Assembly: GCA_000934665.2 (NCBI GenBank)
Contig: KZ538003.1
Coordinates: forward strand, 62,001-126,000
DNA from: Catajapyx aquilonaris
Lineage: Eukaryota
Direction: 5' to 3'
DNA length: 64,000 nucleotides
Position numbers and translations under genes: made by a program. Below, piece after piece: positions 41,025 through 53,010 of the stretch (position 1 is its first letter; every line of letters begins with the position of its first letter). Under the pieces are notes generated by a model, which was not told the origin of the DNA, searched no databases, and saw nothing but the letters and a program-made list of their open reading frames with translations.

Positions 41025-41927
41025 ATGACCACTACAGCTGGCCAGATCCTCATGGGCCATTTATCTAAAGATGACCCTTTCGCCTTCTCCATCCTGTGGA
41101 AAATCGACGGTTTCCTCAATAAATCTAGGAGGTTGCATTCACCTCGCATCTCACTCTCCGGAGTTCCTGGAGAATGGAACATGTGGCTGGACAGGGAGGA
41201 GTTCCCCAAGCATGCCTTTGCCTTCTCGATCTACCTTCGATATTCGCCACCACCCAGGAGCACCCTTAAACTTTTTGATTCCCCACGAGGATACATTGAA
41301 GTCTTTGGCAATAGTCAACGTGTTATTAGGCGTTTCCATAACGTACATTCAGACAATGTCTGGAATTCACTCCATATCGTCTGCGAACATTGCCAGGTAC
41401 CAACGACTGCAACGGCGAAAGCATTATTTTGCAACCTTTACATACATGTAGACGGGTTACTACTGCACGAAGAGTCACCACCTACATCCGCACTTCCTGA
41501 CGAGATGAAAAGGATGTCCAAGTTGATAGGCGACCCCGACGTCATTCTGATAGGAAACGAGGAGGTTGAAGTGACTGCCCATCGTCGCATACTGTCCCTC
41601 AAGAGCCGCGTCTTCGCAGCCATGTTCCAGCAAGACATGCTGGAAAAGAAGACTGGAAAGGTGACCATTCCCGACTTCAGTTCCGACTTGATCAGGGAGA
41701 TGCTCCATCACGTGTACACAGGGAAAGAGCCAGGACAACAGGTGGCATCTTCTCTTCTGCAGGCGGCAGAGAAGTACGACCTGCCGGATTTGAAGGAAAT
41801 GTGTGAGGTGCACTTGGCTCGACAGCTGGACACGAGCAACTTGCAGACGACACTGGACCAGGCAATCGCCTTCAATTGCTCCTATTTGAAGAAAAGGTGC
41901 ATGGAGTGGACCTCCGACCACATTTAG
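41025..41927 (+). CDS. MATH-like + BTB/POZ domain protein (SPOP/roadkill-like, divergent), 300 aa, intronless CDS
   Basis: BTB motifs DVILIG...VTAHRRILSLKSRVFAAMFQQDMLEKKTGKVTIPD...MLHHVYTG...LLQAAEKYDLPDLKEMCE; N-terminal LWKIDGF...LHSPRISL...WNMWL resembles a MATH domain; CACCATG start preceded by a TTTCAG acceptor (probable 5' UTR intron). Confidence 0.9.
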   Translation: MTTTAGQILMGHLSKDDPFAFSILWKIDGFLNKSRRLHSPRISLSGVPGEWNMWLDREEFPKHAFAFSIYLRYSPPPRSTLKLFDSPRGYIEVFGNSQRVIRRFHNVHSDNVWNSLHIVCEHCQVPTTATAKALFCNLYIHVDGLLLHEESPPTSALPDEMKRMSKLIGDPDVILIGNEEVEVTAHRRILSLKSRVFAAMFQQDMLEKKTGKVTIPDFSSDLIREMLHHVYTGKEPGQQVASSLLQAAEKYDLPDLKEMCEVHLARQLDTSNLQTTLDQAIAFNCSYLKKRCMEWTSDHI

Positions 41928-42336
41928 GATGACGTCGTAAAATTCACCATGTACTAGATATCAGGCAGTTTTGCACCTTAAAGGTTGCCTTATAGAGCTA
42001 TGTTTTGGGTTTTCGGCTATATGTTGCGGCATCGGAGTATTTTTCTGGAGTATTTTCTGGTATTATTCAGGAGTATTTTCACGAGATGAATAATTGGCCA
42101 CTATGATATTGGCCACTATGAATTGGGACGAGATTTCATTAATCTGTTTTTCCTCACATTGTACCCGTGAAGCTTACTGATATCATTATGTTATTGTAAC
42201 GAAGTTATACATGCAATCCTTGATACATGCACAATCATAAAGTAATACTCACAGAAATCAAATGTCTCGTTTATTTATTCCCATGCGGGTAATGGCCTGA
42301 ACGTTGGCCTTGCCGAGAATCCGGTGTTATTTAATA

Positions 42337-42706
42337 CTAGCTGCGGGACCCGGCGTTGCCCGGGAAGAAACGAATGAAGGGAAAACACCTGCGAGTAGCC
42401 CCGTCAAAATTTTCACGCACAGAGAGCCGCCATGACAGTTTTCCCAGCCGTTTTGGACTTGGCAAAAAGTCGACTTTTGCACGTGCCACCTTGTCCATCT
42501 GCTCCTCATTTAGCCGCCGGAGAACAATAGCTCCTCTCCGGCGCTCCCTCCCCCACCTGCTCACAATCTGGATCTACTCTAATCCCACCTCAGCTGCAAC
42601 GCCTCCTGTCCTTCCCACCCGGACCGCAGATGGCAGGCAAATGACGGTTGGCAGGCGGACAGACAGACAGAGAGACAGACTCACGAACGGCTTTATTTAT
42701 ATATAT
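42337..42706 (-). mobile_element. Non-autonomous Helitron
   Basis: A|CTAG at 42337 followed by subterminal hairpin CCCGGCGTTGCCCGGG (3' end on the minus strand); (GACA)n microsatellite and TTTATATATAT at the other end; same termini type as 53311-54332. Confidence 0.75.
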
Positions 42707-43293
42707 TTCAGTGCATGTACAAGCAACAACACAGTGTGGCCAAGGTCATCGTGGGAAGGATTAATTATGATTACTTTTTTCGTCGCCCTGACTTTGCAGC
42801 AATGTAGAGAGGGTAATTCCCTCAAGGTCAACCCTCCCAGTCTGCGACAACAAACAAACGGACCTCGGAATTCAACCTGAATCCAATTTCACCCAGCTTG
42901 GAACATACTCCATTCAGTGGCCAAACGGCATGGTAGATTTTATTCGGCCTCAGAACAATTATTGACCCTTAGGTCAAGGTCTACCAACTGATCAAGTTTC
43001 AGCCAAATCCAATGGCGCAACTTTTCCAATAAGATTTGCCCAGATGTACTTTCTTAGTATTTGAATCGTGAAAATTCCATTTTTAATACCTAATTACTTG
43101 CAAAAATGTGAAATTAATGATTATGTTCCTTGTCTACGTCATAACTGAAGAGATGCCCTCTTTTCTTGACCATTACCGTTTGTGAAATGTTGCCAAATGG
43201 ATGTTGAGTTAATTTATGCACTTTAATATTTACTAAGTTTATACCGTACGCCAAAAAATAATGTTGCAAGAGCAGAAAGGGCAATATTGTTAC

Positions 43294-44206
43294 ATCTCAC
43301 AAGGGAAGGTCACGGGGTGATAATGACGGATCTTGATGAAATTGATCATGCTAATACGGGACAATATGTAATACCCAAAAATGAAATATTTCGTGCTGAG
43401 GCCCATATTTGCAAAAGTTATGCCGTCTTAAAGTTCCAAAAATAATACATTTTCATACTCCATGGGATTACACTAGCGACCACATATAATGACATTGAAG
43501 TGTGTAATCAGTTTCTAGACCTTTTCTCATTCTTTCAGGGAGCATGTGAATCGATATATCGTAACCTAGGCAACATATCGATTCCAGTATCGGCTTGGGC
43601 GATAACATCATGGCGGCCGATGACTCTCATTGCAAACATGTCCAACGTCAGGAATAAATTCCACAGCCCCTGTGCCAGAGAGTCAGGTAAAACCCGGAGT
43701 ACCCCGAAAAACACGGTCAGGAATACACGGAAACTAACTTCGAAATCCAAACGATAACCCGCCCGTAAAGTAGATATGTGCGGATAGAGTGAACCCGGAA
43801 GACCGGAAGTGGCGGGTCACCAGAAGTTGACCATGAAACCTATATTGGTCACGCTCAATCCGAATATGAAAACCGTTTGTCGCTATCTCTTACGGTTTAG
43901 GCCTTGATACCTGTCCACAGACGGATGGACGGACGGACGGCCAGAGCCGTTCTGTATGACTTTTTCCCGATGAGAAAAGGTCTAGAAACTGATTACACAC
44001 TTCAATGTCATTATATGTGGTCGCTAATGTAATCCCATGGAGTATGAAAAGGTATTATTTTTGGAACTTTAAGACATCATAACTTTTGCAAATATGGGCC
44101 TCAGCACGAAATATTTCATTTTTGGGTATCATATATTGTCCTGTATTAGCATGATCAATTTCATCAAGATCCGTCATTATCATCCCGTGACCTTCCCTTG
44201 TCAGAT
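43294..44206. mobile_element. Non-autonomous DNA transposon with ~237-bp TIRs (possibly Mutator-like or composite)
   Basis: 43294-43530 is a near-perfect reverse complement of 43970-44206; flanks CAATATTGTTA / CAATAGTTA may be a decayed 9-bp TSD; no transposase ORF. Confidence 0.85.
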
Positions 44207-44423
44207 TCAATAGTTAGCTGCTAGTATATATGACTCTATTTCTATAGCTACTGCATGATTTCCACCCCATAGATCCTTCGTGCCGGCCGTGTCGAAGTAT
44301 CAAATATCAATAGACAATAATATCTTATATCCATTTTGAATTTTTAACGATTGACAAATTATTAAGTGAGGTGATCGACTCTTACCAGCCTGAAGGCCAT
44401 TCTGGGGGGCTTAGATGGCAAGG

Positions 44424-44495
44424 AGCAGAGTGGCGCAGTGGAAGCGTGCTGGGCCCATAACCCAGAGGTCCGTGGATCGAAACCACGCTCTGCTA
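44424..44495 (+). tRNA. tRNA-iMet: Initiator tRNA-Met (CAT)
   Basis: AGCAGAGTGGCGCAGTGGAAGCGTGCTGGGCCCATAACCCAGAGGTCCGTGGATCGAAACCACGCTCTGCTA: A1-U72 pair, three G-C pairs in the anticodon stem, GATCG T-loop of eukaryotic initiators; Pol III terminator T8 at 44504-44511. Confidence 0.98.
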
Positions 44496-45488
44496 TGGGG
44501 AAGTTTTTTTTAAATTACTTTTCATGCAGCAGTTAATATAATAAATTGCAACATAATTATGCAATATATCTCATTTAAGTCGTCAAAAATTACGCCATTT
44601 CAAAAATTGGTACGTAATTTTGCAGATTAGTGTTGTATGGTTTTTTTGTCATTTCAGTTATCTTTACTGCACTATGAACATGGCTCACATTTTGGCGTAT
44701 TTAATGTTTCAAATAAGCTATCCCGCCGAGGTAAGCACACGTGGAAGCCTACTAATTAAAAAAAAAAACATATATTAGGGTGCATCTCACCTCCTCACAT
44801 ATTGCCTCTTTTTGCATGTCAAATGTTGGGAAGATGACAACCTGCTAAATTATAAATCCTATTGGTACCAGGTTTAGTTGTTTATTTATCCCACAAAAAG
44901 CACAATTGTCGTAATGCAATGGACCAAGCAATGGACACTATTGGGTTGCCAATTGCCATAGTCAGGATACGCTGGCTTGCTTCTTAAATAACAGTACGCG
45001 GTGTGTATATAGTAAGACTATAATATTATTATTAACTTTTAAATCCCAATTCAGAGTCTCATGTGGTATGACAACTACAGCAGTGAATTGTAAGTTGGCC
45101 ATAGTACAGTACACGGAGAGCCTCCACCGAAGCTGTTTCTACTTTAAAAAATTATATTTACGATGCGGGGATCTACGCGTAACACTGGACCTCAGAGGAT
45201 GGATACTGTAGATTTAAACCCCCAAACCAACTAGTTCTTTAATGTTTTTATAGCTAATAAATACTGTACGTAAACCGGCAGAAAGAGGAAAGATCTACTG
45301 ACATTTGATCGTAAATGTTCATCCCTTTCCCTTCTGATATAAATGTCAGTTTACTGAAAAATAACGCCAAATGAGCCAACGGATTAGGATCTTCCTGGTT
45401 GACGCAACAAGGGACGGATTCTTCGTATGCTTAAAAACCCAGACCTAGCGTAAAACTCACCCATTTCTTCTGCAGGGCTGCTCGAATA

Positions 45489-47165
45489 ATGAAGTCTCTA
45501 TTCGTTGTACTCTGCTGTGCTTTGACACACATTTCAGCCATAACCCTAGGTAAGTGTGTAGCAACAATCAGGCGAGGCACTGCCCATGACTTCCCCAGAA
45601 CATTTGCACAGCAACTAGTGGATTCATTTGTTCACATGGAACACTGATTGTGTCCTTTCTTTTACATGGTTATTTGGCTAAATTGCAGACAAAATTTCTC
45701 CTAGCCCCATGATCTTGAACTGGGAATTTGGGTAGTGCACAACCTGCACAATGTAAGAAAGTATCTTGAGATTTTTTTACATATTTACTTTATATCAATG
45801 GTCCGTACCACTCGCCAGACGACGCGTACACCCGATGCAAAGGAGTGTCACGAGATGAGCTGGAGCCCTGCATTATCCAACTGGTAAATGATCTAAGTCC
45901 CCTGATCCAAGAAGGCAAGTAGTCCCATGAACACTAACGTATCTGTATCTATTCATATACGTAACACATCGAATGCTTGTACGCAACAGGCATTTCAGCA
46001 TTGGAATTGCAAACTGACACTTGCCATTTTGACAACTTGGACTTCGAATTTAAAGAAGGTAGCAATCACTTGTCTGCACATTACTATGGTGGAAAGTTTC
46101 GAGGATTGGAAGATTTTAAGATGACTCATCTTAAGTAAGTTGGCATGCCGTACACTCCTCTGACGTACTGTGTTCGATCCTAGGATCAAATATTTTCTCT
46201 TGCTTGGCTTTCCTACCCCCAAACTATCCTCGTTGCCTCGTTGTCCTATGCTTCCACACACAAAAAAGAAATAACTGCGACTGTTTCCATTTGATATTAG
46301 GATTGACTACGACAACAAACTAGCCGTTTGGTCCGTCTTATTTCCCGAGCTTGTGACCTCGGGAACCTACTACTTGGATGCAAATGTTTTGGGATTTCCT
46401 ATGTATGGCAATGGAACATACTGGACTCGCTGGGGTAAGGCATCACTTTCACTCTCTTATTCATGTCACCCCCGATTGGTACAGTACAATCTGTCTCAAT
46501 AAGTGCTTCCAGACCAGGATAAAGTGGCCAAAACTTATCGAGACAGATTGTACATGAGGACTGAAAAAATATTATTACCAGTATGTCTCGTAATCCAGGG
46601 AGTTTCCACCTCTACGGAGTTTCTCACTTGTCAGTTGAAGAGATCAACGGGGAGTTACACCTCCAGGAGAAGGACACCGAATCTACGTTCAGCTATGGGA
46701 AAGCTGCACTACGTTTGAATAATTTGTACGACGGAGATGAAATCTTACGTAAGTTTTGCTTGCGGTTCTGAGTTCGATCCTTGATGGGAGAGGGGATTTT
46801 CACATGGTTTCAAGAGATTCTATCCACGTTATTGTGGCTTTTCTCGAAGTTCTCGAAGTTCCTACAACTGTCAAAAATATTCCTACTCCACTCTCACAAT
46901 ATCTCGTGGCCATAGTTTCCCTGGCTCCTTCCAATAACCAAATCAGCAATAGTGTGGCGTTCTAACGGGGGATGATGTTTCAGAGCAAGGTGCTAATGCC
47001 TTCCTGGGCATGAATGTGGACGCTTTCTTGGACGAATTGCGACCCTCGGCCAGGACGGCATTCCGAACCGTTACCGCAAACCACGTGAACAAAGCCCTGG
47101 CCAAGATCAAGCTGGATGACCTGGCCGGAAGCGAATTTATCAAGGAAGCATTTGGCATCAATTAG
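45489..47165 (+). CDS. Takeout/JHBP superfamily protein, copy 2 (255 aa)
   Basis: Exons 45489-45549, 45819-45914, 45990-46134, 46301-46434, 46599-46748, 46984-47165; same sizes and phases as copy 1; intact frame; AATAAA at 47293. Confidence 0.88.
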
Positions 47166-47904
47166 ACGCAATGATGTACTGTTCTTATTGCGAAGGGGAT
47201 GAGTCTTGTCATCCCTCGTTTAATATAAATAACTTAATTTCTCTCAATTTGTTGTACAGTGACAGCCCATAATCTGCTGTCCAAAAATTTTGAATAAATT
47301 CTTAAGCCATATATATCAAATTAAAAATTATTACAGCGGTTTTGTATTGTTACGAGTCTTCTATTTTATTGCCGATTGTTTTTGATGTAAACTTATAATT
47401 TATGAATTAAATTTATCACAGGCATGAATCAAACACATTCTGGAGAGGAATGTGTTTCGCATATCAGCGTCTTGGATCTTGGATGGAACCAATTACCTGC
47501 GAATAACTTGAGCTCAGTGTGAAGCGAAATCATGACGTCGTTTTCAATATTATTCATGTAGATTAACAAGCATAATAAAACATTACAAGTACCCATAATT
47601 ATGTATACGTACATTTATACTGAAACTGCGCGCACTTCATGCAAGTTTAGCCCACAAAGACAGCAGTGCAGTGGAAGGAATACCAATGGCGAGAGTTGGG
47701 CAGTATGTTTTCTTCTGCCCCTGGGCGAGTTCCGTCCCTGTAATCTTCCAGCTCCCCAGGAAGGTGCGGGGTCTCGGGAAGCAGCAGCTGATGAGCGGTA
47801 TAGTTGTGAACGTTATGGAGGGACAGAATTTGGGTAATGGAAGGTTGTGTAAGGATTTACTGATTATTGTGGGATATTGAGTCTTTTAGAAGTGTATACG
47901 TATA

Positions 47905-48099
47905 CCGGGTGTTCGTGAACCGACCAGTCAGACCTGTACCCGTGGCTCCATTGACACCAGAGGATCATGTTATGTAGAGGAGTCATTATGTCTGGACAGC
48001 CTCATTACTGAGATAATTATTATCTCAGTAATGAGGCTGCCCTCTGGTGTCAATGGAGCCACGGGTGAAGGTCTGACTGGTCGGTTCACGAACACCCTG
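47905..48099. mobile_element. Tc1/mariner-type palindromic MITE
   Basis: TA|CCGGGTGTTCGTGAACCGACCAGTCAGACC ... GGTCTGACTGGTCGGTTCACGAACACCCTG|TA; ~59-bp outer arms plus an inner hairpin at 47997-48039; TA TSD. Confidence 0.92.
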
Positions 48100-48392
48100 T
48101 ATATGACGCGGCATTTGCACATGACGTTTGAAAATGCTTTCATGCATACGACAAGGTTTTACAAGGCATGACAGTATAATTATTATCTACTAAGTAAAAG
48201 TTGTCTCTAATGTTAATTAGGAAGATCCTACAATATTTTACTGGACTGAATAAGGATTTGTTGTACGTTATCATTTGTGTATTATTGGATGTTAAAAATT
48301 ATCGAGAAATGGTTGAGACATATTTGTATCGTGTTGGCCACACTGCTGACATTAAAATAACAGTACGACATGATTGTACGGTTAGTCTACTG

Positions 48393-48612
48393 CAGTGGTT
48401 TCCAACGTGGGGGTCGCGGGCAGGGTCGCGGGGGGTCGCGAACCTTTGTTCAACTTTTTTTTTCCATTTCTGTGCAAATTGAACAATTATTACGGCCGTA
48501 CAGAGTGTATGTTTTCTGGAAATGGGCCAGTTGTAGAAGGGGGCGGGGGGGTCGCACATTTATGAAAACATGTTTAGGGGGTCGCAGTTGGTAAAAAGGT
48601 TGGAAACCACTG
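48393..48612 (+). mobile_element. hAT (Charlie-like) MITE
   Basis: TIRs CAGTGGTTTCCAAC / GTTGGAAACCACTG; perfect 8-bp TSD GTCTACTG (48385-48392, 48613-48620). Confidence 0.93.
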
Positions 48613-49000
48613 GTCTACTGTATAGGGTAAATCCCAAATTAGAATGTCATGTGGTACAGTAATGAATAGCAAGAGTTTGCCATTGGACACGGAGAGAATA
48701 ATCCACCGTACGATGCGGGGATTATCTAGCCCTGAACACCAGTGGCTGAACATTTTAGCTTTAATGTTTTTATAACTAAGCCGTAGTGTTATACAATCGG
48801 TAAAAATAGGAACGTTCTGCTGAAATTATATTGTAAAATGTTTAACTTAATACTTTCCCTTCTGATATTAATGTCGGTGTACTCTGGCTTACAACCCTAA
48901 TAAGACAAAATAAGATCTTCCTGGTTGACACAAAAAAGGCATGTATAAATTCCAGCTTCGCTTACAATCTACTCATAACTTGAGGAATCCTGAACAAATC

Positions 49001-49962
49001 ATGAAGTCTCTCCTAGTTGTAGGCCTACTCGGCTGTGCCTTTGCACACACTTCAGCCATTACTCTAGGTAGGTTTGTTGCAACATTCAGGTTAAGCCCTG
49101 CCAATAATTTCCTCATCACATTGGGAAAATCAGTGGATTTATTGTCCACATGGAACACAAATTGTTTCCTTTCTTTTACCTGATGGGTTACTTGACTCAA
49201 TTATTATCCATAATATTCCTCTGATCTTGAACTGGGAATTTGGGCAGTGCACCAATCTGCATACGGTTTGTAGTGCTCTTAGAAATAATTGTCTTGTGAT
49301 TTTTACACTTTGCAAAAAATGGTGACACTCGCCAGACGACGCATACACACGATGCAAAGGAGTGTCACGAGATGAGCTGGAGCCCTGCATCATTCAACTG
49401 GTTAATGATCTCAGTCCCCTGATCATAGAAGGCAAGTAGTCATATCAAGACAAACATGTCTAATGTCTATGTAATCAACAGCTATCTGAGAACGCACTTT
49501 GCAATTACCGGTACGGTATCAATAATAACTCTACTGTATATTAGACATATCTAATGATAATGCGTATTGTACTTGTACGGAACAGGTATTTCCGAATTGG
49601 AATTGCAACCTGAGACATGCAGTTTTGACAAAATTGACTTCGATTATAAAGAAGGAATCAATCACATGATGGCACATTACTACGGTGGAAAGTTTCGAGG
49701 AATGGAGGAATTTCGACTGACTCATCTTAAGTAAGTTGTCTTACATTTGCACTATTCATACTATTATAAGTTTATTGCATTTTTTATTCACACTGATGTA
49801 CTGCTTTACTCACAGCCTTGCGCTTCTAAAATCTTATGTCCGATCCACGGATCAAACGGAGGATCATAATTCTCATGAGGAAATATTTTCTCGTGGGCTT
49901 TCCTACCACTGAACCATCCCTCTCTCGTAATCTTTCTGACCTCTGCTCTTTCATAATAAACC

Positions 49963-50044
<82 letters not shown>

Positions 50045-50959
50045 GTTTTATTAACCTGCAAGGCTTTGTGGGCCCTTCTGCAGTTCACAATAAACCATAA
50101 CCATAATGTCCATAAATGTGACTATTTCTGTTTTATATTAGGATTGACTACAACAAAAAAGTAGCCGTTTGGTCCGCCTTGTTTCCGGAGTTTGTGACGA
50201 TGGGCACCTACTACATGGATGCCAATGTGTTAGGATTTCCAATATATGGAAATGGAACATACTGGTATCGCTGGGGTAACCCATCACTTTTTTCTTCCTC
50301 ATGTCACTAGCGACTGCTACATATAATTACGCACTGAATATTATTAATAATAATCAATGTCGCATGTCAACCAGACAGTTTCCACATCTACGGAGTGTCT
50401 CACCTGGCAGTGGAAGAGATCAACGGGGAGCTACACCTCCAGGAGAAGGACACGGAAATGACTTTCAGCTATGGGAAAGCTGCAATGCGGATGAACAACC
50501 TGTACGATGGAGACCCCATATTACGTATGTCTTGTTAATTAACCTTGAGGTTCAATCCCCGATAGGAAAGGGAATTTTGACACTTGGAAAGGTTTTCAAA
50601 AGGTTATAATTATCCAAGTTTATGGTTGTTTTCAGGAGATGTCCAGGTTCCTCCAACTAATATTCCTAATATTCCTACTCCCCTCTCCCAGCGCTTCATG
50701 ACCTTAGGGCTTAGGTTCCTCCCAGCAATAAACCAAACCAGAAATCGCGAAGCATACTAACAAGAATGACCTTTCAGAGGAAGGTGCTAATGCCTTCCTG
50801 AGCATGAATGTGGACGCTCTCATGGACGAACTGAGACCAGAGAGCAGGAAGCTCTTCCGAACCATTACCTCAAACCATCTGAACAGTGCCCTGGCCAAGA
50901 TCAAGCTGGATGACCTGGCCGGAAGCGAATTCATAAAAGAAGCATTTGGCATCAATTAG
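49001..50959 (+). CDS. Takeout/JHBP superfamily protein, copy 3 (257 aa)
   Basis: Exons 49001-49067, 49336-49431, 49586-49730, 50142-50275, 50375-50524, 50778-50959; 6-nt in-frame insertion in the signal peptide; AATAAA at 51087. Confidence 0.88.
49967..50084 (-). mobile_element. Severely 5'-truncated retroposon 3' end with (ATT)n tail in intron 3 of copy 3
   Basis: Minus strand ACTGCAGAAGGGCCCACAAAGCCTTGCAGGTTAATAAAACGT(ATT)n; TSD TCATAATAAACCATAA (49951-49966) / TCACAATAAACCATAA (50085-50100). Confidence 0.75.
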
Positions 50960-51811
50960 ACGCAATTATTAGGAATTGTTCTTATCAGGAAAGCTATATA
51001 CGTCTTGTCATCCCTCATTTGCGATATTTTGTCTCAATTTGTTGTATAGAGTCACTTTGAATATTATTGGTGTATGTTTTAAGAGTAATAAAAACATTAC
51101 GAAAACTGCGTCCAATTACTCTATTCTTTATGCAAGATAATTAGCCCATTAATACTTCTCACAGTGGAGAGAGTAATACTGTGTTTTCATCTGCTCCTGG
51201 GTCGGACTGAAGTAGTGTAGGATTGTTGGAAGATTTTTGAATTCTGAAGTGCGGAATATTGTTGTACTGTAGAAGTGTATAACGCAGCATTTTTGCTCAA
51301 GGTTACCAAATAGTTTCATGCATATACGGCGAAGTTGCATAAGTTAGTGTTGACAGTAGATTATTCACTAATTTGGAAGTACTCGTAGACTAGTTTTTAT
51401 GTTGCCACAAATTTTTATTATGAGGATCCTAAACTGTTTTCCTGGATTAAAACTCAATGAATATCTTTTAGTATTATGGATATTGTAAATTAATGCAAAT
51501 GGCAGCGATATATTTTTGCCATGCATGCCACAACGTTCTTAATTAGAAGTACCTAATGGTATGTGGTGTGAATTAAGCCAATATTTTATTAAACTACAAT
51601 ATATTGCGAGTCACACTAAAATTTCGATTCAAATATAGTGGTAATAGGGAGCAGGTTATGGTAGAATGTAAAATGTTTAATACTTTTTATGTCATCAGAT
51701 CAATTATTTATCACTACTGTAAAATATTTAACAGCTTCCTGGTTAACTTCCTGGTACAAATTCCAGATTTGCATATGACTCACTCATAGTTCTTGGGGAG
51801 TTAATCGAAAA

Positions 51812-52975
51812 ATGAGACCTCTCTTTGTTGCACTCTGCTGTGCTTTGGCATACGCTTCAGACATAACCCTAGGTAAGTTTCTTACATTGTAGAAGTTAAC
51901 ATTGATATACATGTAGTACATCATTCAAACGGTGCGTGTCACTTGACAGAAGATGCATACACACGATGCAAAGGAGTATCACGAGATGAGCTGGAGCCCT
52001 GCATCATTCAGCTGGTGAATGATCTGAGTCCCCTGATCATAGAAGGCAAGTCGTCCTATATCAACACAAACATGTCTATGGTGACTGGCAGCTTATGTGC
52101 ACCTTCTTGCACGGAACAGGTATTTCCGAATTGGAATTGCAGCCTGACACGTGCAATTTTGACAAATTGGACTTCAATCATAAGGAAGGGATCAGTCATT
52201 TGAAGGCACACTTCTATGCTGGAAAATTTAGAGGCCTAGATGAATTTCACTTGACTCATCTAAAGTAAGTTGTCTCTGCTTCACCAATAAATCACAACAA
52301 TTATCGCAACTGTTTCCATTTTGTTGTTATAGGATTGATTACAACAACAAGCTGGCTGTTTGGTCCGCCTCATTTCCCGAAGTTGTGGCCTTGGGCACCT
52401 ACTACATGGATGCCAGTGTGTTGGAATTTCCCATATATGGCAACGGAACATATTGGCATCGCTGGGGTAAACCATCACTTCTTTCCCTGACTCATGCCAC
52501 TCGCTATTTTTTATGTCCTCTTAATTATTTTATCTCACGTCAACCAGATACCCTTCACGTCTATGCAGTTTCTCACCTGGCAGTGGAAGAGATCAACGGG
52601 GAGTTGCATCTTCAGGAGAAGGACACTGAACTCACGTTCAGTTACTCGAAAATTGCAATGCGGTTGAACAACCTGTACGAGGGAGACCCCGTCTTACGTA
52701 AGTGTTGCTATTTAATAATCATAATGCCATTGGCTCCTTCCAATAAACCAAACCAGCACTAATTGCGGAATTCTAAGGAGAATGATGTTTCAGAGCAAGG
52801 TGATTCTGCCTTCCTGGACATGAATGTGGACGCTTTCGTGGACGAATTGCGACCCGAGGCCAAGAAGTACTTCCGAGAACTTACAGGAAACCACGTGAAC
52901 AGAGCCCTGGCCAAGATCAAGCTGGATGACCTGGCCGGAAGTCAATTCATTAAGGAATCTTTTGGCATCAATTAG
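51812..52975 (+). CDS. Takeout/JHBP superfamily protein, copy 4 (255 aa)
   Basis: Exons 51812-51872, 51950-52045, 52120-52264, 52333-52466, 52548-52697, 52794-52975; all introns 68-96 nt; intact frame. Confidence 0.88.
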
Positions 52976-53010
52976 ACGCAATACAATGGATAGGCCTGGT
53001 TCCTATAAGG

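Noticed and set aside
41475..41921. 148-aa minus-strand ORF, and similar antisense ORFs over takeout exon 6
   Set aside because: Antisense shadows of real + strand coding sequence.
49836..50054. Poly-Asn ORF (and poly-Ile ORFs at 56329-56743)
   Set aside because: Translations of (AAT)n retroposon tails.
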